Shown here in pieces: positions 20,701-31,134 of a stretch of 64,000 bases of DNA; position 1 is the first letter of the stretch, and the number at the start of each line of letters is the position of its first letter. The notes below the pieces were generated by a model. It made no database searches, was not told the origin of the DNA, and saw only the letters and a list, made by a program, of their open reading frames with translations. Where the stretch lies: NCBI GenBank assembly GCA_963842525.1, contig CAWJGT010000009.1, positions 928,001 through 992,000 on the forward strand, written 5' to 3'. The stretch is from an uncultured Holophagales bacterium (GTDB lineage Bacteria; Acidobacteriota; Thermoanaerobaculia; Multivoradales; UBA5704). Both the position numbers and the translations under genes were made by a program.

Positions 20701-22133
20701 GCCAGATGGGGACATCGGGCTCGGCGATCGCGCTGCCGAACAGGACCTCCAGGTGCCCGATCATGCGCAGGATCGTGGCCGGCTCGTAAATGTCCGTGTC
20801 CAGCTCGACCCAGCCGCCGAGGCCGCCCGGGTCGTCCACCAGATGGAAGACCAGGTCGAACTTGGCGGTCTGGTTCGAGATCTCGAGCCCGCGCAGGGAG
20901 AGGTCGCCGGCCGCCTCGCTCCCGGCGGACGGGCCGGACGAGTCCGTCACCTGGGCGGCGAACATCACCTGGAAGAGCGGCGTGTGGGTCAGGTCGCGGT
21001 GCGGGTGCAGCTCCTCGACCAGCCGCTCGAAGGGGATGTCCTGGTGGGCGAAGGCGCCCAGCGTGGCCTCGCGCACGCGGCCGAGCAGCTCGCGGAAGGT
21101 CGGCTCTCCGGACAGGCCGGTGCGCAGCACCAGGGTGTTTACGAAGAAGCCGATCAGGCTCTCCAGCTCGATGCGGTTGCGGCCGGCGGTCGCCGTGCCC
21201 ACGGAGATGTCGTCCTGGCCGCTCCAGCGGTGGAGGAGGATCTTGACCACGGCGAGCTGCGCCACGAAGAGGGTGACCCCTTCGCGCTGCGCGATCGCCT
21301 GGAGCCCTTCGGCCAGCCGGGTGGGGAAGAGGAGATAGAGGCGGGCACCCCGGCCGCTCCGCACCTTGGGATGCGGCCGGTCCGTGGGCATCTCCAGGAC
21401 CGGCGGCGCTCCGTCCAGCTTCTCCTTCCACCAGGCGAGCTGGGAGTCCAGGACGCGGGCCGCGCAGCCACTGGCGCTGCCAATGCGCGTAGTCCGCGTA
21501 CTGGACCGGCAGCTCGGGCAGCTGCACCGGCCGGCCGTTCGCCAGGGCGTCGTAGATCGCCCCCATCTCGCGGTTCAGGATTACCGCCGACCAGCCGTCG
21601 CAGACGATGTGGTGCATGTTGAGGACGACCCGGTGGTCCTCGGGCGCCATGCGGACGGCGAGCGCACGGACCAGCGGGCCGGTGGCGAGCTCGAACGGCA
21701 GGCGGATCTCTTCCACGGCCACCCGGATGCCCTCGGTCTCCCGTGCCTGCGGGTCCGCCACGGCCGTAAGGTCGATCACCGGCATAGGGACCCACATCGC
21801 GGGAATCACCACCTGGACCGGCCGCCCTTCGATCGCCGGGAAGCAGGCGCGCAGCGCCTCGTGCCGGCGCACGACCTCGTTCAGGCTGCGCTCCAGGACC
21901 AGCACGTCCAGCGGTCCGCCGAAGCGGAAGGCCGTGTAGTCGTTGTACTGCGGCCCAGGCTCGAGCTGGTCGAGGAACCAGAGGCGCTCCTGCGCGAAGG
22001 AGAGAGGCCAGGAGGCCGGGTCCGGCCGCCGCGGAATGCTGTCGCCGCCCTCCAGATACTTGCGCTGGAGGCGGGACCGCAGCAGGGCCCGCTGCTCGGC
22101 CGAGAGCTTGTTGATTTTCTCGGAAACGCTCAT
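14780..22133 (-). CDS. Two-module NRPS C-A-PCP-C-A-PCP-TE (frameshift near 21456; compensated frameshift pair near 20615-20670)
   Basis: Start MSVSEKINKLSAEQRALL; HHIVCDGWS and HHIVSDGWS; YTSGTTGRPKG and FTSGSTGRPKG; two FFxLGGHSLL; GWSLG TE motif. Removing one C near 21456 joins QWLRGP to VLDSQLAWW. Confidence 0.92.
16891..17009. repeat. GTAG-type REP doublet (family B), in-frame inside NRPS A2
   Basis: Inverted GTAGCCC(A/C)GGGTGT.AACCC(T/G)GGG palindromes; a near-identical 119-bp copy lies at 29172-29290. Confidence 0.85.
20140..20304. repeat. REPIN/MITE-like inverted repeat (family A), in-frame inside NRPS A1
   Basis: CCTCACCCCC..CCCCCTCTCCC...GGGAGAGGGGG arms in inverted orientation; 165 nt = 55 codons; the first 56 bp are identical to the copy at 23939. 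Confidence 0.85.
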
Positions 22134-22135
22134 GA

Positions 22136-22352
22136 CCTCACCCCCTGGCCCCCTCTCCCATCGCACTCCCCCCGACCGGGAGAGGGGGAACGCAGGCGAA
22201 GCCTCTGTTCGAGATCGGCAAGGTTCTGGGAGCGGGTGCCTGGCGGGACGCAGCAGACTGCTCCGGGTCCGGTCTTCCATGACTTTCCGGAAAGCCGTCC
22301 CCCCTCTCCCGGTCGGTGGGGGGGCGGTGGGAGAGGGGGACAGGGGGTGAGG
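22136..22352. repeat. Family A REPIN filling the whole gap between the C-domain gene and the NRPS
   Basis: Same arms, inverted; flanked by CATGA on both sides (minus strand). Confidence 0.85.
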
Positions 22353-23798
22353 TCATGGGACCAGCTCCGACAACCGCCGCTCCGGATTCTCCGCGATCGC
22401 CTCCAGCAGGTCCACGAAGAGGTCGATCCAGCCTTCCACCGTGGCGCCGCGCCAGAGCGCGCGATCGTACTCGATCCACCCTTCGAGCAGGCTGCCCTGG
22501 TCCCAGATCGAGACCAGGAGGTCGAAGCGCGACGTGCCGCCATAGGTGACCAGGAGGGTCGCGCCCACGTCCTGGAAGTCGGCGGAGGGTGGATTCTCCA
22601 GAAAGAAGAAGGCGGTCTGAAAGACCGGGTGCCGCTCCGGGCCGTAGTCGGGCCGGACCTCCTCCAGGATGCGGCCGAACGGGAGATCCTGGTGGGCGTA
22701 GGCCTCCAGGGTCGAACGGCGCGTCCGGTGCAGCAGCTCGTGGAAGGTCGGGTCTCCCGACAGGTCGGCGCGCAGCGGCAGATAGTTGAGGAAGAGGCCG
22801 ATCAGCGGCTCCAGGTCCCGCTGGTTGCGGCCGAAGACCGGCGAGCCGATCGCGAAGTCCTCCTGGCCGGAGAGGCGGTGGAACAGGACGTCGAGCGCGG
22901 CCACCAGGATGTAGAAGAGACTGGCCTCCTCCTGCTTGGCCAGAGCCTTGAGCCGGCGCGTGGTCTCCTCGGAGACGTCCATGTGGGGCCGGGCGCCGCG
23001 GTGGCTCTGGACCTGCGGACGGGGGAAGTCGGTGGGCAGCTCCAGGACAGGCAGGTCGCGCAGCCGCTCCGTCCAATACGCGAGATGCCCGCGTGCCGTC
23101 TCTCCCTCCAGCCACTCGCGCTCCCAATGCGAGTAGTCCGAATACTGGAGGCGCGGTGATGGCAGGGGTGGCAGGGGCGACGGCCGGCCCGCCTGGAATG
23201 CCTGGTAGCAGGCAGCCATCTCGCGCTCGAACAGGGCGTAGGAGACCCAGTCGGTCGCCATGTGGTGCATCATGACCAGGAGAAGATGGCTCTCCGGCCC
23301 CAGCCGGGCCAGCGTGAACCGCGCGACCGGACCGTGGTGGAGATCGAAAAGCGCCCGCCAGCGCTCGCCGAGGAACCGCTGGGCCTCGGCCTCGCGCATC
23401 TCTTCCGGCAGCGCCGAGACGTCGACCAGCGGCATGGGAATCACCGTCTCGTCGGGCAGCAGCACCTGCATCGGCCGGCCGTCCACCACCGGGAAGGCCG
23501 AGCGCAGCACCTCATGCCGCCGGGTGACCTCGTCGAGCGCCGTCCCCAGGGCCGCGATATCGATCGGACCGGAGAAGCGCAGGCCGGTGTAGACGTTCCA
23601 CCCCGGATGGCCGCCGGCCTTCTGATGGAGATTCCACATCCACTCCTGGTTGGCCGACAGTGGATGCGGCCCGGCGCCGCCGCGGCGCGGGATGCCCTGG
23701 AGCACAGGCGGCGCGAGGTTCTTCCGCCTGAGCCGCATCTCCAGGAGCCGGCGCTGCTCCGGCGTGAGGTTGGCGATGCGCTGGTGGGTGTCGGTCAT
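22353..23798 (-). CDS. Stand-alone NRPS condensation-domain protein
   Basis: RRHEVLRS, HHMATDWVS (atypical HHxxxDG), LQYSDYS.W, LELPTDFPRP, AHQDLPF; N-terminal NLTPEQRRLLEMRL similar to the NRPS N-terminus. Confidence 0.88.
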   Translation of the reverse strand: MTDTHQRIANLTPEQRRLLEMRLRRKNLAPPVLQGIPRRGGAGPHPLSANQEWMWNLHQKAGGHPGWNVYTGLRFSGPIDIAALGTALDEVTRRHEVLRSAFPVVDGRPMQVLLPDETVIPMPLVDVSALPEEMREAEAQRFLGERWRALFDLHHGPVARFTLARLGPESHLLLVMMHHMATDWVSYALFEREMAACYQAFQAGRPSPLPPLPSPRLQYSDYSHWEREWLEGETARGHLAYWTERLRDLPVLELPTDFPRPQVQSHRGARPHMDVSEETTRRLKALAKQEEASLFYILVAALDVLFHRLSGQEDFAIGSPVFGRNQRDLEPLIGLFLNYLPLRADLSGDPTFHELLHRTRRSTLEAYAHQDLPFGRILEEVRPDYGPERHPVFQTAFFFLENPPSADFQDVGATLLVTYGGTSRFDLLVSIWDQGSLLEGWIEYDRALWRGATVEGWIDLFVDLLEAIAENPERRLSELVP

Positions 23799-23938
23799 CG
23801 GGGGAACTCGTCCTTCCGGCCCCCGATCTTATCCCCCACGCTACGCGTGGGTGACGGAATGAATGGCGAGCAAGCGTGGCCCAATGCCGCCCTGATCAGC
23901 GCAGGGCTCCGTCAAACTCAATGGTCGCGTGGGCAGAT

Positions 23939-24101
23939 CCTCACCCCCTGTCCCCCTCTCCCATCTCCCTTCCACCCCCCGCCGGGAGAGGGGGGACGCA
24001 TGCGGAGCCGTTCGGCGAGTTCGCCACGTAGGCATCAACAACGTCCCCCCTCTCCCGGGGATGGGTGGGTGGGAGATGGGAGAGGGGGACAGGGGGTGAG
24101 G
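23939..24101. repeat. Family A REPIN, intergenic
   Basis: Same inverted arms as 20140-20304. Confidence 0.85.
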
Positions 24102-24148
24102 TTTTCTTTCCGGCCGCCACGGACTCTGGCGGAGCCTCGTGCTCCCAC

Positions 24149-25378
24149 TCAGCGCTTCGTCGCCCGCACCCCCAGGTTCCAGATGGGCTTGCCGTGATCG
24201 CGCTGCAGGTCGCCGGGGTGCAGCGGATCCCACATGTCGAACGACCAGGTGCCCGCGTTGAAGACGGTCGCGTCGAAGCCGACGGCGCCAAAGTCGCGGG
24301 CCAGCTCTTCGGCGCTCCACATGTTCTGATGGGCGTGGAGCGGATTGTCGCGCAGGCGGTCCTCGGGTGTGAAGAGCGTCGAGCGCATCGAACGGAACGA
24401 GAGGCGGCCCGCGGCGTAATCACGGATGACACGGCCGGCATCCGTCTGCACCACGACGACTGCTCCGCCCGGACGCAGCTTGCGATGGAGGTCGCGGAGG
24501 AACTGCACGTACTTCGTGGCGGGAATGTGCTCCAGCGTGTGGCTCAGGAAGAACTCCTCGACCTCGCCGTCGCCGGCATGCACCTGGTCGAGGTCGGTGA
24601 TGTCGCAGCGGCGGTCGGCGCCCGGCACCAGGTTGACGGTGATGTAGCCGTCGCGCGGCCAGACGCCGCCCAGGTCGTACTTCGCGGGGCCATGGCCATT
24701 GCTCGGCGGCGGAGCCTCCGGCGGGCGCTCCTGGCTTGCCGGCTGGGGATTGTGCGTCCACCCGTTGGGGCTCGTGGCGCCGTTCCACCAGTGCTTCGCG
24801 TAGGCATCCGGCGTGGGCTCGTGCAGCCGGTGCGTCTCCCACCAGGGGATCGGGTAGAAGAACGCCTCCGGGTGGACGCGGATGTCGCCGCGGTCGCGCG
24901 CCAGCTCGGTGAGCAGCGCCGGACCGGTGACCTCGTTCGGCCGCGCATTGACGTCGTCCGGGTCGAGCGCACGGATGCGGTCCAGCGCCGCGCGCACCAT
25001 CATCCCGGCCAATGGATGGCCCGGCACGCAGCCGACGAGGGACGGGCACAGGAAGGCCTCGCTCTCGCGGCCGCAGAAGGCGGCGTCGCCCAGCAGCTCG
25101 TCGAACGGACGGAGGCACTCCAGGTCGGAATCGACATAGACGCCGCCGTGGAGGCGCAGCACCTCGAAGCGGGCCACGTCGCTCTTCACGACCACGGAGT
25201 AGCGCGGGTCGGCGAGCAGCTCCTGCACCTCGCCGGACGCGCCGTCGCCGAGGTCGGTGCGCCAGAAGCGGAAGGTCCAATCGGGGTGGTGCTGCATCCA
25301 GCTCTGGCGGAAGCGGTGCAGCTCCGGCCGGAACGCGTCCTCGCCGGGCCAGACGTGATGGATTGTCTTCGGAATCAT
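24149..25378 (-). CDS. GT32-like (DxD) glycosyltransferase fused to a SAM methyltransferase-like domain
   Basis: MIPKTIHHVW, SDVARFEVL..HGGVYVDSD and TGPALLT; then DLGG...SHTLEHI...LRPGG; ATGA overlap with the upstream gene. Confidence 0.85.
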   Translation of the reverse strand: MIPKTIHHVWPGEDAFRPELHRFRQSWMQHHPDWTFRFWRTDLGDGASGEVQELLADPRYSVVVKSDVARFEVLRLHGGVYVDSDLECLRPFDELLGDAAFCGRESEAFLCPSLVGCVPGHPLAGMMVRAALDRIRALDPDDVNARPNEVTGPALLTELARDRGDIRVHPEAFFYPIPWWETHRLHEPTPDAYAKHWWNGATSPNGWTHNPQPASQERPPEAPPPSNGHGPAKYDLGGVWPRDGYITVNLVPGADRRCDITDLDQVHAGDGEVEEFFLSHTLEHIPATKYVQFLRDLHRKLRPGGAVVVVQTDAGRVIRDYAAGRLSFRSMRSTLFTPEDRLRDNPLHAHQNMWSAEELARDFGAVGFDATVFNAGTWSFDMWDPLHPGDLQRDHGKPIWNLGVRATKR

Positions 25379-26553
25379 CGGGGTCTCTGGAGGTCGGTGC
25401 CCAACCTCCCCTCCTGCCAGACGATCTTTCTCGCCGGCGTGTAAAAGTTCATGGACGGCATCATGCGGATGTAGAAGTCGTCGATCGGCCGGTCCAGCGA
25501 GTCGACCTCGTCCAGCATGCGGTCGATCGCCGGCAGGCGCAGGAACGACATGGTGGTGCCCCAGGTGCCCACGAGGCGCGCGTGGTTGGGACCGAGGACA
25601 CGTGGCGGGGTGCAGTGCTCGCCGCCGGGCAGGTGCAGCACGTCCCAGTCCTCGGGCACCTCGTCGAGGAAGGCCGCGAACGCATCCAGGAAATCGTCGG
25701 CGAGCACGAGGTCGTCCTCGACGATCGCGCAGGGCGCCCGGCGCGCCTGCGCCTGTTTGAGCAGGGCGGCGTGGGAGAGGTAGCAGCCGACGGCGCCCGG
25801 CCGCACCCAGTCCGGGCGGATGCTCCGGAGCTGGAGGCGCTGCCCGTCGAAGGCCTGGAAGCGGCGCGCGCCGGTGATGCCGATGCGCGCCAGTTGCTCC
25901 CGCGCGTGCTGCAGACGGTCCGGGCGCCGGTCGAGGTTGACGATCCACCACTCGTAGCGGTCGAGCAGGGCGCGCAGGGACAGCCGCGGGCCGCGGTACA
26001 GGATGCGCTTGGTGCCATAGCGGAAGACGGCGCGCAGACCGTCCCGGGCTTCCGGCGGCGCCAGCAGGTTGAGCGGACGCCAGTCGCCGTCGTCGATGTC
26101 GGCGTTGTCGACGCGCTCGTCGTCGCAGTTGACGAGGAGCACGTGCTTGAAGGAGGCGAGCGCCGGTTGGGCGAGAAACGCGCGCACGCTCTCCAGGCTC
26201 CAGTGCTGGAGCACGTCCTTGACCAGGAGGAGGTCGAAGCCGGTATACGCGCCGAGCTGCCGGGCGTCGCCTTCGACGTACTCCACGCCCGGGAAGCGCG
26301 CGCGGTTCCTCTCGACGACGGCCGGCACGATGTCGAGCCCGACGTAGCGCGCCCCCTTCCAGTCGATCGCGTGCGGATAGCCCACCAGGCCGCAGCCGGC
26401 GTCGAGCACGCTGCGGATCTCGTGCTCGACGAGGAGCTGCTCGACGAAGGAGCGGTACGGCCGGCTCGCCTCCAGCGTGGAGCCCGGCTGCCGCTCGTCC
26501 CAGACGCCATCTTCGTACAGGCTGCAGAAGACCTGGGCGTGATCCCCGAGCAT
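25375..26553 (-). CDS. Class I SAM methyltransferase fused to a GT25 glycosyltransferase
   Basis: VLDAGCG, YVGLDIV and KDVLQHW; then VNLDRRPDRL, GAVGCYLSH and IVEDD. Confidence 0.85.
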   Translation of the reverse strand: MLGDHAQVFCSLYEDGVWDERQPGSTLEASRPYRSFVEQLLVEHEIRSVLDAGCGLVGYPHAIDWKGARYVGLDIVPAVVERNRARFPGVEYVEGDARQLGAYTGFDLLLVKDVLQHWSLESVRAFLAQPALASFKHVLLVNCDDERVDNADIDDGDWRPLNLLAPPEARDGLRAVFRYGTKRILYRGPRLSLRALLDRYEWWIVNLDRRPDRLQHAREQLARIGITGARRFQAFDGQRLQLRSIRPDWVRPGAVGCYLSHAALLKQAQARRAPCAIVEDDLVLADDFLDAFAAFLDEVPEDWDVLHLPGGEHCTPPRVLGPNHARLVGTWGTTMSFLRLPAIDRMLDEVDSLDRPIDDFYIRMMPSMNFYTPARKIVWQEGRLGTDLQRPR

Positions 26554-26559
26554 GGCGCC

Positions 26560-29500
26560 TCAGACCCTCAGACCCCGCAGCTCGCTGCGGGCGGTGGGGT
26601 TGCGCGGGTCGAGGCGCAGCGCGGTCTCGAGCTGCCCCCGCGCCTGGTCGCGGCTGCCCAGGCGGCGGTAGAGCTTGCCGAGCTGGGCGTGCACCCAGGG
26701 GCGGTTGCCGTCCTGGGGATGGAGCAGGCGGTCGGCTTCGAGCATGGCCGCCAGCGCCTCGTCGTGGCGGCCGAGGCCTTCGAGGGTCTGCCCCTTGTCG
26801 TACCAGGCCCAGGGGTCGAGCGGATCGGCCGCCAGGGCGCGCTCGTAGCGCTCCAGCGCCTCGCGGTAGCGGCGGGCGAGCCGCAGGGCATCGCCGAGGC
26901 GCTTCTGCCGGCCGGCGTCGCCTTCCAGCTCGCGCCGGATGCCAGTGTAGAACTCCAGGTCCGCCGCCATGAAGGATGGCGGATCGATGACCTTCCAGGA
27001 GGATGCCTCGATGTGCTGGCCGCAGAGGAACGCCCAGGCATTCTCTTCGTGGCGGATGTAGACGAAGACGCTGTCATTGAGGACCTTGCGGATGCGCGCC
27101 CGGCCCGAGAGGCGGCGCAGGAACGCCGCGTCCTCGGCGAGGTTGATCTCGGGGAAGCGGGCTTGGCGCTGCCAGACGTCCCGCTTGTAGCCGATCGAGC
27201 CGCCATGGACGTCGGCGTAGAACATGCGGGCGTGCAGGCTGGCGGTGCACGACCAGAACCTGCCGTCGAGGACGTTGAGGATCCAGCCGGTGTCGAGGCC
27301 GCAGACCTCGGCCTCGTTGCGCAGCAGGGGCTGGATCTGGTGGCTCAGCCGCCGCGGGCCGTGCCAGTCGTCGTCGTCGAAGTGGACGATGATCTCGCCG
27401 CGGCTCGCTTCGACCGCCCGGTTGCGCTTCTCGCCGATCGTGACCTTGCGCTCCAGGCGGATGTAGCGGATGCGTTCGTCGTCGGGAATGAGGTCGGCCA
27501 CCGGATCGGTGCCGTCGTCGACGATGACCAGCTCCTTGTGCGGATGGTCCTGGCGGAGGAAGTAGCGGATCGCCTGCGGCATGTAGAGCCGCCGGTTGTA
27601 GGTCGGCATGATGCAGGAGACGAGCGGCACCTCGCGGTCGACGATGATCTGGATTTCTCCCCCTCTCCCGGGGGGTGGGAGTTCGGATGGGAGAGGGGGT
27701 CGGGGGGTGAGGGCCTCACGGTAGAAGAGGGCGTCCTCGTCGCCGGTCACTCGTTCCAGGGGCTGCGGATAGTTGGGGAGGCGGCGCAGGCGTGCCTCCA
27801 CGTCCATGCCGTTCTCGCGCCGCCAGGTGTTGCCGCGGTGGCGCACGACCATGAAGGCCTCGGGCTTCTTGAGCAGCGGCAGCAGCCGGGGCTTCGCATC
27901 GGCGAGGAAGAAGTAGTCCTCGGCCGCGGCCACGTCGCGGAAGCGCGTCGCCTCCCACAGGCTACGGAAATAGCAGAAGGTGGCGCCGGCCACGCCGCGG
28001 CTGCGGCAGACCTTGAGCCGGCCGTCCGGCAGGCGCACCAGGTAGTCGCCGAGCCCGGCGAGCCCCCGCGGGTCGTCAGCGGCGCAGAGCGCCGCGGTCA
28101 CGGCCGAGAGGTAGTCGCGCCGGTACCAGTCGTCGTCGTCCCAGTGCGCGATGATCTCGCCGCGGCTCGCCTCGATCGCCCGGTTGCGCTTCTCGCCCAG
28201 GGAGAGGGGGCCGTCGCAGCGGAGGTAGCGCACCCGCGGATCGGCCGGCAGGAGATGATCTACTTTCTGCCTCGCCGTCGTCGATCATCAGCAGCTCGCG
28301 GTGTGGATAGTCCTGGCGCAGGAAGTACTCGATCGCCTGACGCACGAACGCGGGCCGGTCGCGGGTCGGCATGATGCACGACACCAGCGGCACGCGTCCG
28401 GCTCCCCGTCTCTGGATGGAAGGGCCGGAGCGATGCCGTAGGAGGCGAGGTCCGTGCCGAGGACGCCGTGCAGAAGGTCGGCCGGCCGCGGCTGCCAGCG
28501 CGGGTCGGAGGTGTGCTTGGTGCTGGTGTTGCCGCCATGGATCAGGCCGACGTAGAAGTGGTTGTCCGGCAGGGCAAGGATACGCGGGCCATGGCCGGCC
28601 CACAGGAAGCGGGTGTCCTCGCCCACGTCCACAGCCGGGAAGCGGTTGCGCCGCCAGACCTCGCGGCGGTAGCAGAAGGTGCCGCCCGCCACCCACGCCC
28701 GACCGCGGGTGGGGTAGACGTACTCCCAGGACTTGCCGGAGGAGGGCTCGAAGTAGAGCAGCCGGTCGAGGCCGCAGAGGTCCGCCTTGCCGGCGAGCAG
28801 GGCCTCAACCTGGACGGTCAGACGGCGCGCGGACATCCAGTCGTCGTCGTCCCAGTGGACGAGGATGTCGCCCTGGGCGGCCTCACAGCCGCGATTGCGC
28901 TTGGCGCCCAGCGGCATCCGCCCGTCCATGCGCACATAGCGGATCGACGGCAGGTCCGGCAGCAGGTCGCGCACCGGCTCGGCGCCGTCGTCGCCATCGT
29001 CAATCACCACCAGCTCCTTGGCCGGCCAGTCCTGGCGCAGGAACCAGCGCACGGCATGGGGGAGGTAGGCGCGCCGCGCGGCGCTGGTCGGCATGAGGCA
29101 GGAGACGAGCGGGTGCTCGGTGGTGGTGAGAGGCATGGAGGCGGATGCCTCGTGCCCGTGCCCAGGCCCGTGCCCAGGGTTTACACCCTGGGCTACCGAA
29201 TGTCGCCCTCCGGGCTCTGGAGAGCCTGGGTTTCCAGAGCCCGGAGGGCGGAACTGGGTAGCCCCGGGTGTAAACCCGGGGCGAGCGGGCGTGGTCCGGT
29301 CAGCCTGCGGCCGGATCTGCACCAGCCCCTTCGGCGCGAAATTCTCGCAGGCATCCCCCCGGCAGTGGTCTCGGAACGGTCCTCCGCCTGCGAGCTGCCG
29401 GCCGCAGAGGCGGCGCTGGTAGAGATGGCGGTTGGCGGCGTGGAGGCCATCCTCCTGGCGGATCCGCCAGGCGGGGAGCGGCCGGCGGTGGACGTAGGCT

Positions 29501-30071
29501 CCTCGCGCCCAGACGGCGGGAAAGCCGGCTCGAGCGGATCGGGCGGCCAGGTCCATCTCCCAGCAGGGGCCGGCGCCGTAGGCCTCGTCGGCGCCGCCCG
29601 TGGCGTCGGCCGCGGCGCGGGTGATGGCGAGGCAGAAGTCGCACGGGTCGTGGAGCGGCTGCAGGCGTTCCCAGGTGCCAGCCGCTTCGCGGGCGAGCTG
29701 TTCGGCGAAGCTAAGGACCTCCTGGCGGCTCGCGCCCGGGGCAGGCGCGCTCGCGGCGCGCTGGCGGTTCCAGGCGAGGTTGGCCGACGGACCGGCGAGG
29801 CCATGGGACGGGTCTGCCTCCAGGGCGGCGAGGAGCGCCTCCAGCCAGCCCGGCGCCGGGAGCGTCCCGCTCTCCAGAAAGACGGCCACCGGCGCGTCGC
29901 CCTGCGTGAGCAGGCCGAGGAGATGGTTGAACGTCGCTGCCGGCGGCCCTTCCGGCAGGAGCACGGGTCGGCGGGTGTGCCGGCGAGCCACTCCAGGGTC
30001 TCGGCCAGACCGCGCTCGTCGCGCTCGCCGCGGGGGCCGCGGCGGATGAAGACGCCGATCAGGGCCTTCAC
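26560..30071 (-). CDS. Multi-domain glycosyltransferase: degenerate GT2 + three tandem GT2 domains + TPR (reconstructed over frameshifts near 29965, 28400 and 28262)
   Basis: Three repeats of PLVSC(L/I)MPT..FLRQDxPxxEL...DDG...LGxKRN...H(W/F)DDDDW; C-terminal TPRs; GTGA overlap with the TPR gene. Confidence 0.8.
27657..27712. repeat. Single family A arm, in-frame in the GT2 inter-domain linker
   Basis: CCCCTCTCCC...GGGAGAGGGGGTCGGGGGGTGAGG, translated LTPRPPLPSELPPPGRGG. Confidence 0.75.
29172..29290. repeat. Family B REP doublet, in-frame in the GT2 linker
   Basis: Copy of 16891-17009 in the same orientation and frame (PGxTPGATQFRPPGS...SPEPGGRHSVAQGVNPG). Confidence 0.85.
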
Positions 30072-31114
30072 GCCTGGGGCTCCTCCGCGGCGCGGGCGCG
30101 CAGGTACTGGCCGGCGCGCACGGCGTACTTGCCTTCGGCCGACGCCAGCTCGGTGAGCAGCGGGACGGCTTCGTCGCCGCGGCCGGTCTGGTCCAGGGCC
30201 AGCGCGCGGTAGAAGCGACCGCGTGGCGTCTCGTCTGTCTCTTCGGCCAGCGCTTCGAGCCGGGCCAGGGCCTCGGTGGCGCGGCCCTGGGAGAGCGCGA
30301 TCACCGCCAGATCGGTGTGGGCCTCGACGCTCGTGGGATCGATGATCATTATCCGCTCCAGCTCCTGGGCCGCTTCGCCGACGAGCCCGCGGGCCATCAG
30401 CGTCGTGGCCAGTTGATGACGGGCGTCCAGGTCCTCGGGTGCCAGTGCCAGGGCGCGGCGCAGGGCGTCGGTGGCCGAGCCCAGGTCGTGGCGGGCGAAG
30501 AGGACGGTGCCGAGCTGCGCCCAGCCGCGAGAGGAGGCAGGATCGAGGTCCACGGCGCGGCGCAGGACCGCGACGGCCTCCTCCGTCCGGTTCTGCACGG
30601 CGATGGAGGTGCCGAGCGAGACGTAGAGGTCGGCATCGGTTGGGGCCAGCTCCAGGGCGCCGCGCCAGGCGGCCTCGGCCGCCGCGGGCTGGCCGGCCAC
30701 GAGCTGGAGGCGGCCGAGGTTGCTCCAGGCCAGGAGGTTTTCCGGATCGCTCGTGACCGCGTGCGCCAGGGCTTCGAGGCCGGCTTCCAGGTCTCCCTGG
30801 GCGAAGCGGGCCGCGCCGAGGTTGGCCAGCGCCATGCTGCGCTCGGGGTCGATCTCCAGGGCCCGCTCGTAGTGGTGGATCGCCTCGTCGAGCTGCCCTT
30901 CCTGGGCGAAGGTGAAGCCGAGGTTGTTCCAGGCCGTGGCATTGCCGGGGTCGAGCGCCAGGGCCGCGCGGTATTCGTGGCGGGCGCCGTCCACGTCGCC
31001 CTCCACGTGGAGCAGCGCGCCGCGGCTCAGGCAGGCGCGGACCGCATCGCCGCCGTCCGCGTCCGGGCCGCCGCCGTTGCGCTTGGGGATGGGGAAGTGC
31101 TTGGGGTCGTCCAT
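30068..31114 (-). CDS. All-TPR protein
   Basis: Start MDDPKHF; repeated ALxLDP...AWNNLG TPR units. Confidence 0.88.
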   Translation of the reverse strand: MDDPKHFPIPKRNGGGPDADGGDAVRACLSRGALLHVEGDVDGARHEYRAALALDPGNATAWNNLGFTFAQEGQLDEAIHHYERALEIDPERSMALANLGAARFAQGDLEAGLEALAHAVTSDPENLLAWSNLGRLQLVAGQPAAAEAAWRGALELAPTDADLYVSLGTSIAVQNRTEEAVAVLRRAVDLDPASSRGWAQLGTVLFARHDLGSATDALRRALALAPEDLDARHQLATTLMARGLVGEAAQELERIMIIDPTSVEAHTDLAVIALSQGRATEALARLEALAEETDETPRGRFYRALALDQTGRGDEAVPLLTELASAEGKYAVRAGQYLRARAAEEPQA

Positions 31115-31134
31115 GGTGCTTGCTTCTCCTGAGG

